From an uncultured Alistipes sp. (GTDB taxonomy: Bacteria > Bacteroidota > Bacteroidia > Bacteroidales > Rikenellaceae), in assembly GCA_944321185.1 (NCBI GenBank), contig CALUKH010000001.1, positions 54,896 to 118,895 of the forward strand: 64,000 nt of DNA, in the 5' to 3' direction. Numbering within the stretch: the first letter of the stretch is position 1; every line of letters begins with the position of its first letter. The translations under genes were made by a program, and so were the position numbers. The notes beneath the pieces were generated by a model that saw only the letters and a program-made list of their open reading frames with translations, was not told the origin of the DNA and did no database searches. Below are positions 57,320-64,000 of this stretch, piece by piece.

Positions 57320-57365
57320 GATTCGTAGTGTATTGTGGTTGATGAATCCGTACGACGTCCGAGGG

Positions 57366-60300
57366 CTATTTGAACGAGAGGTTCAGACCGAAAACGAAGG
57401 TCTTGACCTGCGGGTAGTAACCGCCGCTCGAAACCGGGGTTTCGGGGTCGTAGGCGTAGAAGAAATCGCTGCGCGTGAAGAGGTTGTCGATCGAGACATA
57501 GAATCGGCAGTTGGTGATGTGGGCTTTCGAGGTCCACTTCTTGGGGAGCGTGTATCCGAGCTGGATGTTCTTCAGACGCAGGTAGGAGGCATCCTCGAGC
57601 CAGAAGGTCGAGAAGGTGCTCTGGTTGAAGCTCGTGTTGTAGGTCAGACGCGGATAGGAGGCATTCGGGTCGGGGTTTTCGGTGATGTGGTAACGGCCCA
57701 GGTGCACCTTCTGCGGGTATCCGGCCATGTCCTGGAAGGCGTGACGGGCGCTGCCGGTCAGATAGCCGTCGCACTTGCCCACGCCCTGCAGCAGGAAACT
57801 GAAGTCGATGCCCTTCCAGGCGAGGTTGCCGCGGAAGCTGTAGGTGTAGCGCGGGATGTTGCTGCCGATGACCACGCGGTCGTACTCGGGCGAGATACGT
57901 CCGTCGGGCACACCGTCCGGACCGCTGATATCCATGTACTTGATGTCGCCCGGTTCGTAGTCGTAACCCAGCACGGTGGGGATGTTCGGGAGTTCGTACT
58001 TGCGGGTGGTCTCGTCGTAGAGGTCGAAATCCTCGGGGGTCATCAGACCCGTGGCGATGTAGCCGTAGAAGGCGTCGATCGGGTCACCCTCGCGGCGGAT
58101 CTGGTAGCCGCTCAGATCGGCGGTCGTATCGCCCAGCGAGGTGATCTTGTTCTTGACGTCCGAGAGGTTGAAGCCCACGCCGTAGGAGAATTCGCCGATG
58201 CGGTCCTGCCAGTTGACGTCGAGTTCCCAGCCGCGGTTGTTCACCGAACCGAGGTTCTCTTCGGGCCAGTCGGAGCCGATCTGGGCGGGATAGGTACGTT
58301 TGAGCAGCGTGCGGTCGGTGTTCTTGTCATACCAGTCGAAGGTCATGCTCAGACGGTTGGAGAAGAGGGCCACGTCGATACCGAAGTCGAGCATCTTGAT
58401 CTTCTCCCACGTCAGACCGGGGTTTGCGAGGATGCTCTGGATGTAACCCGTCGTCGCGTTTCCGCCGATGAGCGAGATGCCCGACGAGTAGGTCTCCAGC
58501 ACGCCGAGATAGGGGTAGTTCGACGAACCGACGTACTGGTTTCCGAGCATGCCGTACGAGGCGCGGATCTTGATGTTGTCGACGATCTTGCGGGTCGGGG
58601 CCATGAACGACTCCTCGGAGAGGCGCCATCCGGCCGAGAACGACGGGAACCAGCCGCCGCGGTTGTTCTTGTGGAAGCGCGACGAGAGGTCGTAGCGGAG
58701 GTTGACCTCCAGCAGGTAACGCTCGTCGAAGTTGTAGCTCACGCGGCCGAAGCCCGAACGCAGGGCCCATTGCGTGGCCAGGGCGTCGTTGCTCATCGTC
58801 GAGGCGTCGCCCAGGTTGAGTGTCGGATCCTTCTCGGTGGAGAGGTTGTTGCGCGAGGCTTCGAAGTCACGCTCGACGAAGACCTCCTGCTCCATACCGA
58901 CCACGCCGCTGATCTGATGGCGGTTGATCGCGAAGTTGAAGTCGGACTGCAGGATCAGGGTCTGCTGCGTGCGTTTGTAATCCTTGTTCGAGAGCGAGTT
59001 GGGCGAGTTGTAGAGCACCGTGGCGCCCGAATCGGGGTTGACGAAGGTGATGGTCTTCTTGAGAGTCTGCTGCAGGGCGTTGTAGGAGGAGTAGTTGTAG
59101 GTGGCGCTGACGTTCCAGCCCTTCATGAGGTTGACCTTGAGGGTTTCGAGCAGCGAGACCTCCTCGACGTCGGTCGACGTGCGGCCGCCGTCGGTCAGTA
59201 CGGCCACGGGGTTGGTGTTTCCGCCGCCGTAGGCCCACGATCCGTCGGTGTAGTAGACCGGGACGTTGGGGGCGATACGCATGGCGTTGTAGATGGCTCC
59301 GCCACCGCTCGAGAGCGACGAGAGCGGCGAGGTGATCTTACGCAGCGTGTAGCCGATGTTCGACGTGAGGGTGACGATCTTGGCGATCTTCGTGTCCATC
59401 TTGTAGCGGATGTTGTGACGCTGCTCGCCGGTGGAGTTCCCGACGGTCAGACCGTCCTGATCGAAGTAGCGGTAGCTGAGGCGGTATCCCGAATCGCCGA
59501 ACGCGCCGACGACCGAAGCGCCGTAGCTCTGCTGCATGGCGTGGCCCTTGATGACCTGATCGATCCAGTTCGTATCGGCATAGAGGTTGGGCATCGTGCC
59601 GTTGAGCACGGCATCGAACTGTTCCGTATTCCAGGCCGTCGAGACGCCGATGTTCGTACGGGCCTCGTTGTCGAGGGTCATGAATTCGATGGCGTTGCAC
59701 ATTTCCGGCAGACGCGTCGGGGTCTGGACTCCCATGTAGGCATCGAAGGTGATCTGCGGATCGGTGTTTCCGTTGAGTTTGCGGGTGGTGACCAGAATGA
59801 CGCCGTTGGCGGCGCGGGCGCCGTAGATCGAGGCCGAGGCGGCATCCTTGAGGACCGAGACGCTTTCGATATCGTCGGGGTTGATGGCCGAGATGTCGCC
59901 CTCGACGCCGTCGACGAGGATCAGCGGGTTGGAGTTGCCGATCGTACCGATACCGCGCACGCGGATCGTGGTCGACGAGTTACCGGGCTGGGCCGTGGAG
60001 TTGATCACCGTCACACCGGGCAGCAGACCCTGCAGGCCGCTCGAGAAGGTGGCCATCGGGCGCGAGGCGATGTCTTCGCTCGAGATGGCGGCGACCGAAC
60101 CCGTGAGGTTGACCTTCTTCTGGACGCCGTAACCGACCACGACCACATCCTCGATCAGTTTGTTGTCACTCTGCAGGACGATGCTCAGATTGGTCTGCGA
60201 GCCGAGCAGCACCTCCTGACGGTCGTAGCCCAGGAAGGAGAACTGCAGCGTCTGACCGGGCTGGGCCTCGATCGTGAAATCGCCGTCGATGCCCGTCACC

Positions 60301-60776
60301 ACGCCGCGGTTCGTACCCTTGACGATGACGCTGGCGCCGATGATGGCTTCGCCCGAGGCGGATTTCACCACGCCCGAGACAAATCCCGGAGCCGGGGTCT
60401 TTTTCGAATCGGCCGGTTCGTTACTCGCCGGCTGGGGTTTGAGGACGATGCGTTTGCCGGAGAGGGTGGCCGAGAGGCGTTGCGGAGCCAGCACGCGGTT
60501 GACCAGGGCGAGAACCTCCTCGTTCGAGGCCTTGACACTCACCTCGCGCTGCAGGTCGATTTCATCGTTGTTGTAGGCGAAGGTGTAACCGCTGAGTTGT
60601 TCGACCCGTTCGATGAATTCGCGGACGGAGTGGCCTTTGCCCTCCATGTCGAGCGAGATGGTTTTGTTCTGGGCGGCCGCCGGGAGCAGCGCACACAGAG
60701 CCAACACAAGCATGATAATGGACTTCCGAAGGGGTGTGAACCTTCCGAAGCACTTCAGGCGTCGGTTTTTTTCCAT
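57366..60776 (-). CDS. SusC/RagA TonB-dependent transducer with N-terminal signalling extension
   Basis: STN-like N-terminus; VVVGYG.QKK.NLTGSV, DIESVSVLKDAASASIYGARAANGVIL, LTWEK, YLRLKNIQLGY. Confidence 0.97.
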   Translation of the reverse strand: MEKNRRLKCFGRFTPLRKSIIMLVLALCALLPAAAQNKTISLDMEGKGHSVREFIERVEQLSGYTFAYNNDEIDLQREVSVKASNEEVLALVNRVLAPQRLSATLSGKRIVLKPQPASNEPADSKKTPAPGFVSGVVKSASGEAIIGASVIVKGTNRGVVTGIDGDFTIEAQPGQTLQFSFLGYDRQEVLLGSQTNLSIVLQSDNKLIEDVVVVGYGVQKKVNLTGSVAAISSEDIASRPMATFSSGLQGLLPGVTVINSTAQPGNSSTTIRVRGIGTIGNSNPLILVDGVEGDISAINPDDIESVSVLKDAASASIYGARAANGVILVTTRKLNGNTDPQITFDAYMGVQTPTRLPEMCNAIEFMTLDNEARTNIGVSTAWNTEQFDAVLNGTMPNLYADTNWIDQVIKGHAMQQSYGASVVGAFGDSGYRLSYRYFDQDGLTVGNSTGEQRHNIRYKMDTKIAKIVTLTSNIGYTLRKITSPLSSLSSGGGAIYNAMRIAPNVPVYYTDGSWAYGGGNTNPVAVLTDGGRTSTDVEEVSLLETLKVNLMKGWNVSATYNYSSYNALQQTLKKTITFVNPDSGATVLYNSPNSLSNKDYKRTQQTLILQSDFNFAINRHQISGVVGMEQEVFVERDFEASRNNLSTEKDPTLNLGDASTMSNDALATQWALRSGFGRVSYNFDERYLLEVNLRYDLSSRFHKNNRGGWFPSFSAGWRLSEESFMAPTRKIVDNIKIRASYGMLGNQYVGSSNYPYLGVLETYSSGISLIGGNATTGYIQSILANPGLTWEKIKMLDFGIDVALFSNRLSMTFDWYDKNTDRTLLKRTYPAQIGSDWPEENLGSVNNRGWELDVNWQDRIGEFSYGVGFNLSDVKNKITSLGDTTADLSGYQIRREGDPIDAFYGYIATGLMTPEDFDLYDETTRKYELPNIPTVLGYDYEPGDIKYMDISGPDGVPDGRISPEYDRVVIGSNIPRYTYSFRGNLAWKGIDFSFLLQGVGKCDGYLTGSARHAFQDMAGYPQKVHLGRYHITENPDPNASYPRLTYNTSFNQSTFSTFWLEDASYLRLKNIQLGYTLPKKWTSKAHITNCRFYVSIDNLFTRSDFFYAYDPETPVSSGGYYPQVKTFVFGLNLSFK

Positions 60777-60851
60777 GTTTGAAATTTTAAGTTTTGTGAT
60801 TTAGTAGCGTAAGCGGGGTGCCGTTCGGCGGGGCGGGCGACGAACCGGGCC

Positions 60852-61844
60852 TCATCGATAGATGTGGATGAAGTGTTCGTTGATCCGTCGGTAGCGCAGA
60901 TTGGCAAGCGTAGTGGTCAGATCGAGTGTATTTTCGAGTTTTTCGGGTTGCAGCGTGAAGGAGAGTCCGATCGAGGTGTCGACGTTGGAATCGACCTGGA
61001 AACGGACGTTGTAACGGTGTTCGAGATTGGTGAGGATGTCGGCCAGCGGCGTGTTTTCGAAGACGATCGAATCGCGGCGCCAGTTGCAGTAGTTGCTGGC
61101 GGTGACGGCCTTGACGGTGAACTGCTGCGAGCGGGGGTCGTAGACGCAGCTTTCGTTGGGGACCAGACGCAGCGGGCTCTTGAGCTGTTGGCTGATGATC
61201 TCCACGCTGCCGTTGAGCAGTGTGACCTCGCTTGTGCCGAAGGCCTCGATGTTGCAGGCATTGAACCGCGTGCCGAGGACCTTGACCTGCATGGCGCCCA
61301 GTTCGACGATGAAGGGCCGCAGCGAATCCTTTCTTACGTCGAAGAAGGCTTCGCCGTCGAGACGGACATAGCGGCGATCCGCGCGGTCGAAATTCTCGGC
61401 GAAGGTGATCCGCGAACCGGCATTGAGCCAGACGACGGTGTTGTCGGGCAGCGTGAAACGGCCCTTGCTGTTGTCGGCGGTGATGAAGGTGGTGGTCGAG
61501 TGGCGGGCGATCTGGTCCCGGATGATGAGCAGGTTGGCCGTCACGATGCCGGCCACGACGAGGACGGCCGCTGCCGCACGCATCCATCGCAGCGGGATCC
61601 GCAACCCCATGCGGGGCTCTCCGACGCCCATTTCCCTGTGCAGGCGGCGGAGTTTGCGGGCATAATCCTGACTTGCAGGATCGAGGACCGAAGCGGGATC
61701 GAGCCGGTTCCACTCCTCCTCGAGGAGTTGCTCCTTGTGGAGGGCGTCGGCCGGGTCGAGACACCAGCGGCGGAAACGTTCCCGGATCTTCTCGGGCATC
61801 GGATGATGCAGGAACAGGTGTATGATCTTTTTCGAGATGTCCAT
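60852..61844 (-). CDS. FecR-family anti-sigma factor
   Basis: TM helix; LPDNTVVWLNAGS, LDGEAFFDV, VKVLGTRFN. Confidence 0.95.
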   Translation of the reverse strand: MDISKKIIHLFLHHPMPEKIRERFRRWCLDPADALHKEQLLEEEWNRLDPASVLDPASQDYARKLRRLHREMGVGEPRMGLRIPLRWMRAAAAVLVVAGIVTANLLIIRDQIARHSTTTFITADNSKGRFTLPDNTVVWLNAGSRITFAENFDRADRRYVRLDGEAFFDVRKDSLRPFIVELGAMQVKVLGTRFNACNIEAFGTSEVTLLNGSVEIISQQLKSPLRLVPNESCVYDPRSQQFTVKAVTASNYCNWRRDSIVFENTPLADILTNLEHRYNVRFQVDSNVDTSIGLSFTLQPEKLENTLDLTTTLANLRYRRINEHFIHIYR

Positions 61845-61961
61845 CTTTCGGGTGCTTTTACATCTTAAAGACGGGCAACCCGCAACGAACCCCAGTCCGT
61901 TCGGTCGATTTTTTCGAAAAAAATTCCGACCGGCCGGAGAGATTGGACGTAAATTATTGTT

Positions 61962-62540
61962 TTACAAGATTTTGTTTGCTCCGACGAAGACGGCCAGAAT
62001 CAGAATCAGTTTTCGCAGTTCGGCGAGTGCTTCGTGGATGTGATACTCGACGGTCTTCTGCGAGATGCCCAGGCGGCGGGCGATCTCCTGGTAGGAGACC
62101 CCTTCGAGACGGCTCATGCGGAAGACATTGCGGCGTTGTGTCGGCATCTTCTCGACGGCCATGTCGATCAGCAGCATCAGTTCGTGCAGATCGATCTGTT
62201 CGACCAGATCGTTCGAGACGATCTCCCGCAGGTCCATCGCTGCGGCGCTTTGCCGGTATCGGACATCGACGGCCTTGTGCGCGAAGCGGTCGAAGATGGC
62301 GTTTTTGGTCATCCGGAAGAGGTAGTTGCGTACCGAGCGGACGTGTTGCAGCGATTCGCGTCCCTCCCAGAGCTTGAGGAAGAGATCGTGGGCGAGATCC
62401 TCGGCCTCGGAGCGGTCCTTGAGCATGCAGCAGGCGAAGGCCTCCACGCGCGGCACGTAACGCATGTAGAGGGTGTCGAAGGCCTTGCTGTCACCTTTGA
62501 TGAGATCCTGCAACAAATCTTCGTCCGAGGGGAGCATCAT
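61962..62540 (-). CDS. ECF RNA polymerase sigma-70 factor
   Basis: AFDTLY.RY, AEDLAHDLFLKLW, FRMSRLEGVSYQEIA..LGISQKTVEYHI. Confidence 0.95.
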   Translation of the reverse strand: MMLPSDEDLLQDLIKGDSKAFDTLYMRYVPRVEAFACCMLKDRSEAEDLAHDLFLKLWEGRESLQHVRSVRNYLFRMTKNAIFDRFAHKAVDVRYRQSAAAMDLREIVSNDLVEQIDLHELMLLIDMAVEKMPTQRRNVFRMSRLEGVSYQEIARRLGISQKTVEYHIHEALAELRKLILILAVFVGANKIL

Positions 62541-62882
62541 GGAGGAACAAACGGAGTTAAAACAGATTTTTCGTGCACACCCGTTACCGGGGGTGACCTC
62601 TTTTCGGCTTGGGCCGGCCCCGTCGTGCAGACGGCGGACGACCAACTCGGTTGCGGCAAAACTAACCATAAATTTTTGAATGTGCAAAAATCTCCGGTTC
62701 GACACCTCCGACGGAGCGTTTTGTCATCGATTTGTCATATTGTCAACCTGATGACGGGCTCCGACGACCGACCTTGCGCGATCCGAAATCCCGATGACGA
62801 CACGCCGGCCGTTTGTGCCTCTTTGCGAATAAAACTGCGGTCCGGCCGGGAGGTTTTCATCCGATTTTCGTATATTTACGGC

Positions 62883-64000
62883 ATGAAAATTACGATCGTG
62901 GGACCCGCCCACCCGTATCGGGGCGGATTGGCATCCATCCTGGAGATTCTGGCGCGGACGTTCCAGCGCCGGGGGAATGAAGTCGACCTGCTGACCTTCA
63001 CGCTGCAGTATCCGTCGCTGCTCTTCCCGGGGGAGAGCCAGACCGTCACGACGCCCGCTCCGGCGGATCTGCACATCACGCGCTGCGTCAATACGGTGAA
63101 TCCCTTCAACTGGCTGCGGGTCGGACGGCGCATCTGCCGCCAGCGGCCCGATTTCGTGCTGATGAAGTACTGGACGCCCTTCATGGCGCCCTGCTTCGGA
63201 ACCATCGCCCGGCTGGCCCGCCGCAACGGCCATACCCGGGTGCTGTGTCAGATCGACAACGTCGAGCCCCACGAACACCATGTGATCGACCGCCCGTGCA
63301 ACCGCTATTTCCTGCGTTCGGTCGACGGATTCATCTATATGTCCGAACAGGTCCATCGCGAACTGGAGGCCTATACCACGGTTCCGGCCCTGTTTTCGCC
63401 TCATCCGCTGTTCGAGAACTTCGGCGAACGCGTTGATCGTTCGGAGGCGTGCGTGCGCCTGGGGTTGAATCCTGCGTTGCGGTATGTGCTCTTTTTCGGG
63501 CTGATCCGCGACTACAAGGGGCTCGATCTGCTGCTCGAGGCGTGGGCACTTCTGCGGCGTCAGGGCCGAACTGCGGGCCGTCGGTTGATCGTGGCCGGCG
63601 AGTTTTACACCTCGAAGGAGCCCTACCTGCGGCAGATTGCCGACTGCGGGCTGCAGGACGAGGTGCTGCTTCACGACCATTTCATTCCCGACGAGGAGGT
63701 CAAATACTACTTCTCGGCGGCGGATTTCGTCGTGCAGCCCTACAAGACGGCCACGCAGAGCGGTGTGACGCAGATTGCCTATCAGTTCTGCGTGCCGATG
63801 GTGGTGACCGACGTCGGCGGACTGGCCGAAATCGTTCCGGACGGACGCGTGGGATACGTCTGTGCGCCGACGGTGGATGGGGTGGCCCGGGCCATCGAAC
63901 GCATGTATGAGGACGATACGCTCGAACGCTTCCGTTTGAACTGCATCGACGAGCGGCGCCGCTTCTCGTGGGAGGAGATGTGCAATCGTCTCACGGAGCT
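62883..64000 (+). CDS. GT4 family glycosyltransferase (3' truncated by window edge)
   Basis: Not in ORF track because no stop in window; translates MKITIVGPAHPYRGG..., FFGLIRDYKGLD, QPYKTATQSGV, TDVGGLAEIV. Confidence 0.9.
   Translation, partial: MKITIVGPAHPYRGGLASILEILARTFQRRGNEVDLLTFTLQYPSLLFPGESQTVTTPAPADLHITRCVNTVNPFNWLRVGRRICRQRPDFVLMKYWTPFMAPCFGTIARLARRNGHTRVLCQIDNVEPHEHHVIDRPCNRYFLRSVDGFIYMSEQVHRELEAYTTVPALFSPHPLFENFGERVDRSEACVRLGLNPALRYVLFFGLIRDYKGLDLLLEAWALLRRQGRTAGRRLIVAGEFYTSKEPYLRQIADCGLQDEVLLHDHFIPDEEVKYYFSAADFVVQPYKTATQSGVTQIAYQFCVPMVVTDVGGLAEIVPDGRVGYVCAPTVDGVARAIERMYEDDTLERFRLNCIDERRRFSWEEMCNRLTE

Overview
High-GC Bacteroidota chromosome segment, most likely Alistipes/Rikenellaceae (inferred from TAnnTTTG promoters, SusC/SusD, HTCS, GC-rich codon use). 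Left end (1-8.6 kb): tail of a glycosaminoglycan-type locus with a partial DUF3604-like hydrolase, a ROK kinase, a heparinase II/III-like gene with two in-frame stops, and an HTCS with a degenerate receiver domain. 8.9-28.7 kb: housekeeping genes (prs, yihA, PagL-like barrel, arginine decarboxylase, sigma54-type ATPase-lptE-secG, GH3, rfbACDB, SRP RNA, mltG, Sua5/YrdC, GT2). 28.8-37.8 kb: a five-gene SusD-less operon (OB-fold/BACON-like lipoprotein, His-Me endonuclease, EEP enzyme, TonB-dependent transporter, DUF5689-like lipoprotein) that looks like an extracellular nucleic-acid utilization system. 43.2-62.5 kb (minus strand): an ECF-sigma/FecR-controlled PUL combining SusC/D, two intact EEP phosphoesterases, an apparently dead EEP-fold lipoprotein, two GH89 alpha-N-acetylglucosaminidases, a Ser-type sulfatase, glycerate kinase and a GntP permease; this is the strongest candidate for an undescribed catabolic pathway. 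Several unrelated tandem-repeat arrays sit directly behind stop codons. No CRISPR array, transposase, integrase, tRNA or rRNA was seen. All family calls come from motif recognition by eye, not database searches.
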